From Porticoccaceae bacterium (GTDB lineage Bacteria; Pseudomonadota; Gammaproteobacteria; Pseudomonadales; Porticoccaceae), in assembly GCA_002702725.1 (NCBI GenBank), contig PABE01000114.1, positions 35,843-99,842 of the forward strand: DNA of 64,000 bases, written 5' to 3'. Of this stretch, positions 1 to 8,657 are shown piece after piece. A program made the translations under genes and the position numbers. Under the pieces are notes generated by a model. It did not search any database. It saw only the letters and a program-made list of their open reading frames with translations, and was not told the DNA's origin. Numbering within the stretch: position 1 is the stretch's first letter; each line of letters starts with the position of its first letter.

Positions 1-1
1 C

Positions 2-400
2 TTCGAATTGCACAAGGTTTTGAAGCTCCGCGATCGCGGATACGACTTCGTCAAGAGTCGGCAGTTCTATTCCCTTGGTAGACTCTCCGTGTTCCATGGG
101 CATGAACTACCGCGCGGACTGACGGACCCCGTAAACGTCGCCCGGGGTGTCTGGAATCGGGTGCGCGAATCGGCGATTGTCAACCACTGGCACCGAACAT
201 CGACTCACGTCGATACCAGCGGTTTGAAAACGCGCACCGATGCCTGCTATAGCATAGGCTGCATGTGCGATATGCAGCCGAACTATGCCCCCGTGAACGC
301 TTGGAACCTCGGCTACGCGGAAGTTGAGATCGGCGAGAAGGGCACTTGGAACGTACAGCTGAAGATTGTCGACCGTGGGCAAGTCTATTCGGTGTGTTGA
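2..400 (+). CDS. metallophosphoesterase-like protein, C-terminal fragment (5' end lies outside the window)
   Basis: The frame is open to the window edge. Motifs VFHGHE and NHWHR align with RFHHGDE and GHWHQ of the minus-strand phosphoesterase at 48613-49722. Confidence 0.5.
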   Translation, partial: FELHKVLKLRDRGYDFVKSRQFYSLGRLSVFHGHELPRGLTDPVNVARGVWNRVRESAIVNHWHRTSTHVDTSGLKTRTDACYSIGCMCDMQPNYAPVNAWNLGYAEVEIGEKGTWNVQLKIVDRGQVYSVC

Positions 401-702
401 TGTTCCTGCTAATCAACGGAAAGCGGTATCAACTCAAGTTAGTACGACGCATTGTCAACAATGACAACGAGGCGGACGGAGAGTGTGACGCCCCACACGT
501 CAAAGGTAAACAGATTCGAATTCGGTCGGATCTAACCGGTCGGCGTCTTCTTGATGTGCTGATTCACGAGTTCTTGCACGGCGCGTTTTGGCACCTCAGC
601 GAAGAGTCTGTCGAGCAAACTGCTTCAGAAATGGCGGCCTTTCTGTGGCGGCTTGGGTATCGCCTTCCACCGGACTGGAAGCAACGCAACAAGCTAGGTT
701 AG
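400..702 (+). CDS. small HExxH (zincin-motif) protein, function unknown
   Basis: The ATG at 400 overlaps the upstream TGA (TGATG). The motif IHEFLH is at 565-579. I chose the internal ATG rather than the 346 start given in the ORF track. Confidence 0.5.
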   Translation: MFLLINGKRYQLKLVRRIVNNDNEADGECDAPHVKGKQIRIRSDLTGRRLLDVLIHEFLHGAFWHLSEESVEQTASEMAAFLWRLGYRLPPDWKQRNKLG

Positions 703-716
703 CTTGCCTTTGCGTA

Positions 717-744
717 TTGACCGCTGCTTGTCGTCCGGTATACT
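717..744 (+). promoter_or_regulatory. sigma70-like promoter candidate (TTGACC-N16-TATACT)
   Basis: A near-consensus -35 (717-722) and -10 (739-744) lie in the 85-nt gap upstream of the CDS at 788. Confidence 0.5.
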
Positions 745-787
745 GAGATAGTCGCAAGTAAGTTTTCTTTCGCTATCAGAGTAGATA

Positions 788-1234
788 ATGGCCATTGGAA
801 TCATGCCGGAAGGCAACATCGCGTACTGCGCGGAACACAACCTGCAGACAACACAGAAGCTTTGGTGTTTTTGCGTCGAAGACGGAGAAGAGCCAAACCC
901 AGAGTGCAGCGAATGTGGCGGTGCTGGCTACACACCGATCGTTAAGCGACCCTACGAGGTCTACATCAACGAGGACAATTTCAGACTGATTTGGAATGAC
1001 CTCGGTGTTGAACTCGGCGACGGCATGTTCGGGTTGATCCATCCCGTGATGCTCCGGAGGCGACTGAACAACCCCGAGCTATCCGTAAGGCAACAAGCCG
1101 TAAATACGCAACCCGGGGATGCACCTACGATCTTCGGCGGTATTACCCTGAGTCAAGCCGTCGGGTATTATACGAGGCTTCGGGACATCTGCGACGAGGC
1201 AGAGAAACGCGAAGTACATGTTGTCTGGGGTTAG
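788..1234 (+). CDS. hypothetical protein with a CxxCGGAG zinc-finger-like motif
   Basis: 148-aa ORF that follows the promoter candidate. It contains the motif CSECGGAGYT. Confidence 0.55.
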   Translation: MAIGIMPEGNIAYCAEHNLQTTQKLWCFCVEDGEEPNPECSECGGAGYTPIVKRPYEVYINEDNFRLIWNDLGVELGDGMFGLIHPVMLRRRLNNPELSVRQQAVNTQPGDAPTIFGGITLSQAVGYYTRLRDICDEAEKREVHVVWG

Positions 1235-1239
1235 GCAAT

Positions 1240-1728
1240 ATGGACGATTCACAAACAGTTACGAGGGAACTTGTGGGTAAACAAGAATCGGCCGCTCAGG
1301 AGGTCAGAGCCAAGCCGTTTTCTGACATATTCAGAGAATCGCTCGAAGAGCAGTTCGCTTCTCTCTCCGAGGCCTCGGAGAAAACCGGCGTGTCTCTTTC
1401 CGTACTTACCCGCTACAAGAATGGGACTCGGTCGTTGCGGCTTGATACGGTCGAGAAAGTTTGGCCACACCTTGGCATTCGGCTCGAACCACCGTCATTC
1501 GCAGAGACGGTGCGTACGCAAGGTCTACAGAAAGCGGTGATCGAAATGGTGCAGTCTCTTGCACTCCCGGACTTGGAGCTAGCGCGTCGATGCGGCCTTA
1601 ATCAACCGACCTTATGGCGATTCCTGCATGGCAAGAACGTCATTAAGCTCGAGGCAATGAGCAAGTTGTGGGCGGTGCTTCCGATCCGCGCGTATCGCGG
1701 CAAACGTCGCATCGATCTTATTCAATAG
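1240..1728 (+). CDS. DNA-binding protein with two HTH-like segments
   Basis: Two similar segments: SEKTGVSLSVLTRYKNGTRSLRLDTVEKVW and ARRCGLNQPTLWRFLHGKNVIKLEAMSKLW. Both look like XRE-type HTH. Confidence 0.55.
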   Translation: MDDSQTVTRELVGKQESAAQEVRAKPFSDIFRESLEEQFASLSEASEKTGVSLSVLTRYKNGTRSLRLDTVEKVWPHLGIRLEPPSFAETVRTQGLQKAVIEMVQSLALPDLELARRCGLNQPTLWRFLHGKNVIKLEAMSKLWAVLPIRAYRGKRRIDLIQ

Positions 1729-1764
1729 CGTCATTTGCCGCCATTTGTGCATTTTTGCTATGCT

Positions 1765-1801
1765 GGGCATCAGGGGTATTTCTACCTTGATGCCCTTTTT
1801 G
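1765..1801 (+). terminator. intrinsic terminator candidate
   Basis: Stem GGGCATCA (1765-1772) pairs with TGATGCCC (1788-1795), followed by TTTTTG. It lies downstream of the CDS that ends at 1728. Confidence 0.55.
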
Positions 1802-1819
1802 TTTAGGAGAAACGCACAA

Positions 1820-2023
1820 ATGGCAAATACGTTGCGGAACGTTCAGTTTCCGAATCCATCAGGAAGCACGCAGGGGCAGATGCAGGTGTTCGGTGTCGCC
1901 ACCGGTGCATCACAGCGCGCTAACCGGACTTCCAGCACTCAGCGTGAGTCTGCCTACCGCGCCCGGAAGGCAAATGCCCGGACTGCGGCTGCAGCGTCTG
2001 GCACCATCGACGTCACGCGGTAA
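1820..2023 (+). CDS. small basic hypothetical protein (67 aa)
   Basis: The ATG at 1820 is preceded by TAGGAGA (1804-1810). The longer start in the ORF track (1745) would run through the terminator hairpin. Confidence 0.45.
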   Translation: MANTLRNVQFPNPSGSTQGQMQVFGVATGASQRANRTSSTQRESAYRARKANARTAAAASGTIDVTR

Positions 2024-2030
2024 TTGATAG

Positions 2031-2804
2031 ATGCCGCGTCGGCCAACACGCGCTAACAAGCTGCTTAAGCACAGCCCGCTCGAGGTGATCGAGCGGGCTA
2101 AATCGCATGGGGTCGAGGAAGTAATCGTCAGCTTTTCCGGCGGCAAAGATGCGATTGTTACGTTGGATCTCTGCGTTCAACACTTCAAGCGGGTCGAGGC
2201 ATTCTTTCAATACGTCGTGCCAGGCTTGAGCTACGAAGAGGAGCCGCTGATCTGGGCAGAACGCACGTACGGCATCAAGATCTTCCGTACGCCTCACTGG
2301 GTGCTCAGCCGACTATTCCGCGAGTCGACTTTCAGGCACCCGACGCAAAGATCACGAGAGATGCCACTCGTGAAGGCTAGGCACGTTGAGAACAACGTAC
2401 GTAGGCATTTCGGAATCCGATGGATCGCAAGCGGGGAGAAAACTTGCGACAGCCCGCAACGAAATGGCTACATCAGGCACAGCAAAGGGGTCGAAGAGAA
2501 CCGACTTCGGTTCTATCCGGTCGGATACTGGTCCGACACAGCCGTGCTCAGTTACATGAGTCTTAACAGACTCCCGACCCCCGTGCAGTATCGGATACTC
2601 TCTGGAGACAAGCAATTCGGTGGCTTTGGTATGGATTCGATGGCGGCCGTTTACGAGAAGTTCCCTGAAGACTTTGCGAAGATCCGTAAAGTCTTTCCAT
2701 TGATCGAGGCTCAAGTTGTCAGACACCGTCTCAAGCAAAAAGCGAAGTCAGTTTCAGAAGTACCAGACGCAGACCATTCATCGGTCGCAGTTGAAAGAGG
2801 CTGA
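2031..2804 (+). CDS. PAPS reductase / PP-loop ATP-pyrophosphatase family protein (IbrA/DndC-like)
   Basis: The PP-loop motif VSFSGGKDAIVTLDL is present. The gene lies directly upstream of a ParB-like gene. Confidence 0.7.
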   Translation: MPRRPTRANKLLKHSPLEVIERAKSHGVEEVIVSFSGGKDAIVTLDLCVQHFKRVEAFFQYVVPGLSYEEEPLIWAERTYGIKIFRTPHWVLSRLFRESTFRHPTQRSREMPLVKARHVENNVRRHFGIRWIASGEKTCDSPQRNGYIRHSKGVEENRLRFYPVGYWSDTAVLSYMSLNRLPTPVQYRILSGDKQFGGFGMDSMAAVYEKFPEDFAKIRKVFPLIEAQVVRHRLKQKAKSVSEVPDADHSSVAVERG

Positions 2805-3570
2805 TTACAACCCGCGAAAGATCAACAAGGTCCAGGCCAAACGGCTCAGAGACGGGATCAAGATGCACGGGTTGGTTGGCGGGATTATCTGGAACAAGCG
2901 GACTGGAAACATCGTTTCCGGCCATCAACGGCTTTCACAGCTCGACGAGCTAGAAGGGACGCAGGACTACTCGCTCGATGTCGACGTGATCGACGTGAAC
3001 GAGAAGCGAGAGCGGGCAATCAACGTTCTGCTCAACAACCACACGGCTCAAGGTGAGTTTGACGGCGACAAGCTGGCGGAGGTCATTGAGTATTTGCGCG
3101 AAGAGCAAATCAGCGTTGAGCAGACTGGCTTCAATATGGCCGATTTGCAGGTCATGCTCGGGGATGATTTCCTGACCGGCGAGATGGGCGAGCAACGAGA
3201 TGTCGAGGCTGATGCGATCGCCGCGTTGACAAAGGTGCGCGGCGACAGCAAGGAGAACGAGAGCGAGTTCTTCGGCAACGAAAAAGAGTCGATCAGCACT
3301 ACGGTCCCAACGCCGCCGGTAGAGAAGGACGAGACCGGAGCGCCAATAGGCGAACCAAAGTCCAACTACAAGGACGAGCTGAAGCAACGCAAGGGTGATC
3401 TGCTGGCGGAGAACGCCGAAGAGGAAGACGCAGATTTTGCGGTCACCCTCGTGTTCGACAACAACAAGATGTTAGTCAAGTTCTTGTCGCACATCGGTCT
3501 GGACGTTGAGAAACGGTATTTCGACCGGTTTGAAGTCGAGACGGCTCTCGGTATTGATCTCACCGACTAG
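2716..3570 (+). CDS. ParB N-terminal-domain (ParB/Srx-like nuclease) protein with an acidic C-terminal half
   Basis: Motif GGIIWNKRTGNIVSGHQRLSQL (ParB-type GxxR box). The start is uncertain: a TTG at 2716 overlaps the upstream gene by 89 nt. Confidence 0.65.
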   Translation: MSDTVSSKKRSQFQKYQTQTIHRSQLKEADYNPRKINKVQAKRLRDGIKMHGLVGGIIWNKRTGNIVSGHQRLSQLDELEGTQDYSLDVDVIDVNEKRERAINVLLNNHTAQGEFDGDKLAEVIEYLREEQISVEQTGFNMADLQVMLGDDFLTGEMGEQRDVEADAIAALTKVRGDSKENESEFFGNEKESISTTVPTPPVEKDETGAPIGEPKSNYKDELKQRKGDLLAENAEEEDADFAVTLVFDNNKMLVKFLSHIGLDVEKRYFDRFEVETALGIDLTD

Positions 3571-3578
3571 GTGGTGTT

Positions 3579-4376
3579 TTGGAAACGCAACTTCTAGACA
3601 AGATGGGGAACGAGATAAAGGTTCCCCCGCGATTCAGCGGAGACGCCAAGAGGTTTGCCGCTCTTGTCTCTTCGCTGGAGCCACATCACTGCGCTTTCCC
3701 TACCGGATATCCGCTTCACCCCGACTCTGGCGAGCCGTGCCGATGCAAGAAGACGTCGGAAGGTGTCTGCAGGCTTCATAGCGAGAACCTTTTACCGCGC
3801 GTCATTAACGACGCACCGAGCGGACGGATTCGTGATGGCCTGATCTCCGCGTTCAAGGACTCGCGGCTGACAGATACTCGTCCGAACATCGCGATCGAAG
3901 AGTTTCTGCTCAGCGAGCGGATGAAAATGATCGAGAACGGCGAGTCGCGCCGTTTCATCGAATATGTCGAATCAGCCACATCTCGGCTTCGAGATTTGTT
4001 TGATGCCATGAAGGCGGCAATCAGCGCGGGTGATCAAGAAGAGTTTGCGAATCTGATGAAGAAGCTCGATCGAGCGATCACCAGCATCAACAAAGTCGTC
4101 GACAACCGACACAAGCATCACTCAGCACTTCGGGAGTTGAGCGATGCCAACGGGTCATCGATCCGGATGAAAGAGACGGCCAGTCGCATCGCGATTAACG
4201 AGCGGCAGGTAATCTCATTCGACACCGCCGTGATCACGATGCGGGAAATGGTCGATCTGTTTCACTTGGCCGTAAACTCCGTCGTGACCAGCAAACAGGA
4301 GCGAAACGAGGTCTATCAGAAACTGTCACACAGCATGTATTCGATCGCCGGTCGCCTAAAGCCGGAGACTCAATAG
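3579..4376 (+). CDS. hypothetical protein; candidate small terminase subunit by position only
   Basis: Its stop overlaps the GTG start of the large terminase. I recognised no motif. An alternative ATG start exists at 3603. Confidence 0.35.
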   Translation: METQLLDKMGNEIKVPPRFSGDAKRFAALVSSLEPHHCAFPTGYPLHPDSGEPCRCKKTSEGVCRLHSENLLPRVINDAPSGRIRDGLISAFKDSRLTDTRPNIAIEEFLLSERMKMIENGESRRFIEYVESATSRLRDLFDAMKAAISAGDQEEFANLMKKLDRAITSINKVVDNRHKHHSALRELSDANGSSIRMKETASRIAINERQVISFDTAVITMREMVDLFHLAVNSVVTSKQERNEVYQKLSHSMYSIAGRLKPETQ

Positions 4377-6412
4377 TGTTTCAGAATTTGATTGACGAGG
4401 CTCGTCAGGAAACGTCGCAGAACTTCCTGACCAAGAGCCTCGACAGTTTCTACAACATCGGCGAAGACGCGCGAGTCGAGCACGCTAGAAAACTGGCCGC
4501 AACGGGAAACCCATTTCCGTTGATTGCTCTGCAGTGGCCCGACGACTTGGTCATCAAAGACAAAAAGCTCGAGCAGTATTTCGAAGGAGAGGTCGGCAAC
4601 CCAGACAATCCTTGCCTGCGGATCGACCCGTGGCAGCGGTTGGTGATTCGCGCGGCATTTGACGTTACTGTCGGTGAGATTGCGATGAAGGGCTGTACGG
4701 GGGCCGGAAAAGGCTTCACGTCGGCGATCGTCGCTAATCTCCTGTTTGACGTCTTCAATCCATGCCGGATCAATGTGACGTCCGAGACGTTCCGTCACGC
4801 CAGTGAGAACCTGTTCGGTGAAATCTCGGTGTGGCGCGACAAGATGTCCAACCCTGGGCCCGGCAATCTGGTCAGCTGCCAGCTCGGCGACACAAAACGT
4901 CACTACATCACCGTCCTAAACCCGAGTCCGCACGGGAAAGGGGAGGCGTTTTCGGGTATGCACTCGGAAATGACCGTCTATTTCTTTGACGAGGCATCTG
5001 GCGTACCTGAGATCCACTACACGAACGCGTTGAAGAACGCGCGGAAGATCTTCGCGTTGTCAAACCCGCGTATTACCGAGGGTTGGTTCCGAGACTTGTA
5101 CCGACCCTTGCGTGGGGAAGGCACAAAGGAGGAGAAGAACGATCGTGAAAACGCGACGAACTATTGTACTGGTCGGATCGGCCGCCGACTTTGCGTGACC
5201 ATTCCCGGCGACGCGTGTGCCAATGTTCGATTCGGCCGGATCAAGAACCCGGTAGCTCCCCGCCGTGGAGTCGTGATCGAAGGGAAAGAGTACGGACCGG
5301 CAGAGCGGATCCCAGACGAAGACTTCGAGAAAGTCAAAGCCCTCGTGCCTCGGCAGATCGACTTGGAGCAATACCAGTCGATCATCGACACGTCAAAAGA
5401 GCCTTGGGAAGTCGAATGCTACGCGCACGCAAGGTTCCCGACGGAAGACCCAGTGCGTCAGGTCATTCTCGGGTCCAATCTGGAGCGACACGTCGAAGAA
5501 TACCGAAGACGGGCTGGACGCATTGCCGTAACATGCTTTGGCCTTGACGTGGCCCGGTCAAAGAGCGGTGACGAAACGATTCTGATGGCAGGCAGTGTTG
5601 ATGGCGTGGCAAGAAAGCATGCCTGGAAAGATGACGACAACATGCGTCATGTCAAGAAGATCTTGCGACTTTGTGAATCGGAGTACGGCATCGATCTTCG
5701 TGACGGAACCAACCCGATTTGCATCGACTACGCGGGGGGATACGGTGCGGGCGTAGGCGACCGGCTACAGGAACTTGGCTGTTGGGTGATCAAGTTCCAG
5801 CCGGCTGGTCGAGCGGTTGTCGAGACCGGCGGCATTTACGTCAACGCCCGCGCTGAGTGGTACATGTTGCTAGGCCGTCGTTTTGACCCAAATGACATCT
5901 GGCAAGAAAAACCCTGGCCTTTTCCGCCGGACGATGAACTGATCGAAGAGTTGACCAGTCCCGTCAAATTTCCGGCTCGAGGCGGAACCGCCTGGCAGAT
6001 CGAGCCAAAGGATGACATCAAGAAACGCCTCGGTCGGTCTCCCGACTCGGCTGACGCTATGGTCTGTTTGTACCGAGCCGTGTTCGAGCTCTATGAGCTT
6101 GAGAACGTCATGCGACAACACAATGAGTATGAAGTCATTGCGGAGGCAGCCACTTCCGATCCAATCGTGTTGGGGCAACATCTTGATAACCCTCGCATCC
6201 GCAGAGCAAACGATCCTGTGAAGACGCCGGAAGAGCAAGAGTATGAACGTGTCGACCCACCGGTCCGGATGACAGAGGGGATTGAGTCACGTCCGATTGA
6301 AGAGATCATCGACGATTTCGCTGACTTTGTCAGCGGATACGAAAGGGGATCGAATCAGCGGGTAAAGCCTCCGACGTTGGACTTCTTTGATAACGATGGG
6401 GACGACTGGTGA
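4376..6412 (+). CDS. terL: terminase large subunit
   Basis: 678 aa. It has a Walker A-like GCTGAGKGFTS and a Walker B-like VYFFDEASG, and sits immediately before the portal gene. Confidence 0.85.
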   Translation: MFQNLIDEARQETSQNFLTKSLDSFYNIGEDARVEHARKLAATGNPFPLIALQWPDDLVIKDKKLEQYFEGEVGNPDNPCLRIDPWQRLVIRAAFDVTVGEIAMKGCTGAGKGFTSAIVANLLFDVFNPCRINVTSETFRHASENLFGEISVWRDKMSNPGPGNLVSCQLGDTKRHYITVLNPSPHGKGEAFSGMHSEMTVYFFDEASGVPEIHYTNALKNARKIFALSNPRITEGWFRDLYRPLRGEGTKEEKNDRENATNYCTGRIGRRLCVTIPGDACANVRFGRIKNPVAPRRGVVIEGKEYGPAERIPDEDFEKVKALVPRQIDLEQYQSIIDTSKEPWEVECYAHARFPTEDPVRQVILGSNLERHVEEYRRRAGRIAVTCFGLDVARSKSGDETILMAGSVDGVARKHAWKDDDNMRHVKKILRLCESEYGIDLRDGTNPICIDYAGGYGAGVGDRLQELGCWVIKFQPAGRAVVETGGIYVNARAEWYMLLGRRFDPNDIWQEKPWPFPPDDELIEELTSPVKFPARGGTAWQIEPKDDIKKRLGRSPDSADAMVCLYRAVFELYELENVMRQHNEYEVIAEAATSDPIVLGQHLDNPRIRRANDPVKTPEEQEYERVDPPVRMTEGIESRPIEEIIDDFADFVSGYERGSNQRVKPPTLDFFDNDGDDW

Positions 6413-6777
6413 TATTTCGGCGGATTTTAGAACGAATTCGACAGCGGCGCAGGCAGCGACAAATCGCCAGAATGAAAAGGTGGAGGGATCAAGACTTCCA
6501 GTTCCTCCGGGGCGAATACGTCAAACTCAAATCGCAGTTCAAAGAGTCAGACAGGGTTCACGAGAGCGAGAAGGCTGTTCTGCGTGATCGTCTGGAGGCG
6601 ACCGAGCAGCAGTCAGAGAAGACTTCCAGGGAGCTTGAGCTCGCGAAGATGGAGAATCAACTTCTCGTGAACGTCATCGAACGTGACCGCCGGAGAGTTG
6701 AAGCGGAAACTGCTGCAGCGACCAGGAAAATCAGCGACGCGATGACGGGCCTTCTGCGTGACGACGGTGGTGATTAG
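6409..6777 (+). CDS. coiled-coil, arginine-rich hypothetical protein
   Basis: GTGA overlap with the terL stop. The sequence is charged and heptad-like. Confidence 0.5.
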   Translation: MIFRRILERIRQRRRQRQIARMKRWRDQDFQFLRGEYVKLKSQFKESDRVHESEKAVLRDRLEATEQQSEKTSRELELAKMENQLLVNVIERDRRRVEAETAAATRKISDAMTGLLRDDGGD

Positions 6778-6843
6778 CGCTTTTAGGAGCGGGTGGGCTT
6801 AAGCAGTATTCTGTAAAGTTGGCCCCAATCACACGGATAGAAA

Positions 6844-8295
6844 ATGTCGAGTATCACCCAACACTCTTTGTCGCGCGCTCGCCAACTAAGCGATGGGTAT
6901 CTAGAAACCATCCATCGTAAACGTGCTGATCGCTCGGGGTCTTCTGGCGGTGCTTACGAGCAAGTCAGCGGGATCGGTCTGTTTGGCCAGCGGTCGAATT
7001 TCTCCAATTCGCGGCAGTTCTATGACGCCTTTCGCGACACAGCGTTTACCGCGATCAGACCGGTCGCTACCCGCTTCGCCCAGCAGCCACTCCGTGTTGC
7101 CGTAACGCCACGCCGCTCGCAACGGACGAGTTTCAGCTCGATGGTGAAGTCGCTTCGCGGCGAAGGTTTCATCGGCAGCGGATTCGAGGGCCGGCAGAAG
7201 AGCTACCGGCGCGCCATGCCGGAGGCCATCAAGCAAATGCTGCCGCCTGACAGCATCGTTCTGGATGAGCACATCGTGACGGAGGCCTTCCGGCGCCCGA
7301 ACATCTGGCACAGCGACTACAGCACTTTGTACAGCGTCGCCGCATCGATGCTGTGTTGTGGTTCGGCTTTGATTACCTGGGACGAGGAAAACCTCTCGGC
7401 CGGCGAGAGCGGAGAAGAGTCCCCCTCCGTGTATTACATTCCAATGCACTGGGTGGAGCCCAAGGAGAACGTTCTCCAAGGCTGGACGATTACTCCGCCG
7501 CACACAGGCGAATCGTTTGATGTCGAGCCTGGCGAATACGTTTACTTCCAGATGCCTGACCCCGGGGATCCATTCAACACCGTTTCGCCGATGCGAGCAG
7601 CTGCCCGCGCAATTAACACAGCGGACAAGATCCACGACGCCAACTACAACGGCCTCCAGAACCTAATCAATCCGAGCTACGCGATCGTCGCCGGCAAGAT
7701 CGAGCAGCCTACCGGTGGCCAGGCCAGGCGGCCGGAACTTCGCGGCGAACAGCGCCGGAAGCTGACCGAGTTGATTAAACGGTATGCCGCCGGTGTCTTG
7801 CGGAACGGTGATCCGATCATCCTCGATGGAATCATCGAAGACGTCAAACCACTCGGTACGGTGCAGCGCGACGTCGACTATTCCGGCGGCAATGCGATGA
7901 CCGAGCGGAAGATCATGCAGGCCTTCGGTGTCAGCCCCGTGGTCGCCGGCTACGCAGAGAACGCGAACCGGGCGGGATCAAATGTTGCGCACGAAGTGTT
8001 CTACGACGTCGTTCTAAACCCACTGCTATTGCAAGCAGGCCGATCTCTCACGCATACGCTTGGTCCGAAATACTCTACGGATCAGTATCGTGTGACCGTC
8101 TACATGGAGTCAGCACAGGTTAACGACCCTGACTCAAAGCTTCGTCGCGTGGCGTTGTTCAAAGACCGATTGAGTGACCAGGAGGCTCGCCGCTTCATGC
8201 GGACAGGTGAGCTCGACATCGAGGATGAGGATAAGACATTTGAGCAAGAAAGGCAGCAACGCCAGCGCGAACAGAACAATCCAGTGGGAAGGTAA
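6844..8295 (+). CDS. portal protein (HK97-family-like)
   Basis: 483 aa, lying between the terminase and the prohead protease. The segment RKIMQAFGVSPVVAGY resembles the conserved portal C-terminal motif. Confidence 0.8.
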   Translation: MSSITQHSLSRARQLSDGYLETIHRKRADRSGSSGGAYEQVSGIGLFGQRSNFSNSRQFYDAFRDTAFTAIRPVATRFAQQPLRVAVTPRRSQRTSFSSMVKSLRGEGFIGSGFEGRQKSYRRAMPEAIKQMLPPDSIVLDEHIVTEAFRRPNIWHSDYSTLYSVAASMLCCGSALITWDEENLSAGESGEESPSVYYIPMHWVEPKENVLQGWTITPPHTGESFDVEPGEYVYFQMPDPGDPFNTVSPMRAAARAINTADKIHDANYNGLQNLINPSYAIVAGKIEQPTGGQARRPELRGEQRRKLTELIKRYAAGVLRNGDPIILDGIIEDVKPLGTVQRDVDYSGGNAMTERKIMQAFGVSPVVAGYAENANRAGSNVAHEVFYDVVLNPLLLQAGRSLTHTLGPKYSTDQYRVTVYMESAQVNDPDSKLRRVALFKDRLSDQEARRFMRTGELDIEDEDKTFEQERQQRQREQNNPVGR

Positions 8296-8323
8296 TCCCG
8301 GCGATCAGTTCTATGAATCCGGT

Positions 8324-8527
8324 GTGTTTGTCGGCACGCCTGAAGGCGACCTGAACGAGAGGCGGCAATTGGCTCAGGCCTTACATGGTTTGTATGCCGC
8401 GATCACAGAAAACCTTGGCAAAACCGGCAAATACGCGGAGATCGGATTTGCCGTCCAGATCGTTGACGGCAAGCTCAAGATCTGCGAGGCGTCAACAAAA
8501 AGGACATTCAAGCCAGCAAAAGAATAG
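8324..8527 (+). CDS. possible small ORF (67 aa) downstream of the portal gene
   Basis: GTG at 8324 in the frame of ORF 8174-8527. The upstream part of that ORF overlaps the portal gene, and I recognised no motif. Confidence 0.25.
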   Translation: MFVGTPEGDLNERRQLAQALHGLYAAITENLGKTGKYAEIGFAVQIVDGKLKICEASTKRTFKPAKE

Positions 8528-8645
8528 CGCTTTTTGACTTAAGCGTATGACTTTTGCAAATATCAGATTTGATGCGAATCGCATTTGATCCGAGGTTAGC
8601 ACAAGCAACCCGGTAGCTGCACCAAGCGGCTGCCGGGTTTTTTCG
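8521..8645 (+). promoter_or_regulatory. conserved promoter-box-terminator cassette, copy A
   Basis: It shares three blocks with 21547-21680: TAGCGCTTTTTGAC (8525-8538), TTTGATCC, and the 20-mer GAGGTTAGCACAAGCAACCC (8592-8611). TTGACT lies at 8534-8539 and a -10-like AATAT at 8559-8563. Confidence 0.6.
8607..8644 (+). terminator. intrinsic terminator inside cassette A
   Basis: AACCCGGTAGC pairs with GCTGCCGGGTT (one G-T wobble), followed by TTTTTT. It ends 2-14 nt before the protease start codon. Confidence 0.65.
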
Positions 8646-8657
8646 TTGGGACATGCT

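Noticed and set aside
1735-1764. Promoter TTGCCG-N18-TATGCT upstream of the small basic gene
   Set aside because: The -10 abuts the terminator hairpin at 1765-1801, so a transcript started here would begin inside the hairpin. I kept the terminator call and regard the promoter as doubtful.
6901-7635. 244-aa minus-strand ORF inside the portal gene. Similar antisense ORFs occur at 14555-15238, 16432-17112, 21432-22379, 22720-23529, 36390-37238 and 39671-40354.
   Set aside because: All lie antisense to plus-strand genes that have recognisable motifs or tight translational coupling. Their products are R/S/G-rich and carry no motifs.
8174-8323. The upstream part of ORF 8174-8527 as a +1/-1 frameshift extension of the portal protein
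   Set aside because: There is no slippery sequence and no precedent that I can support. Only the non-overlapping GTG-initiated part is listed, at low confidence.
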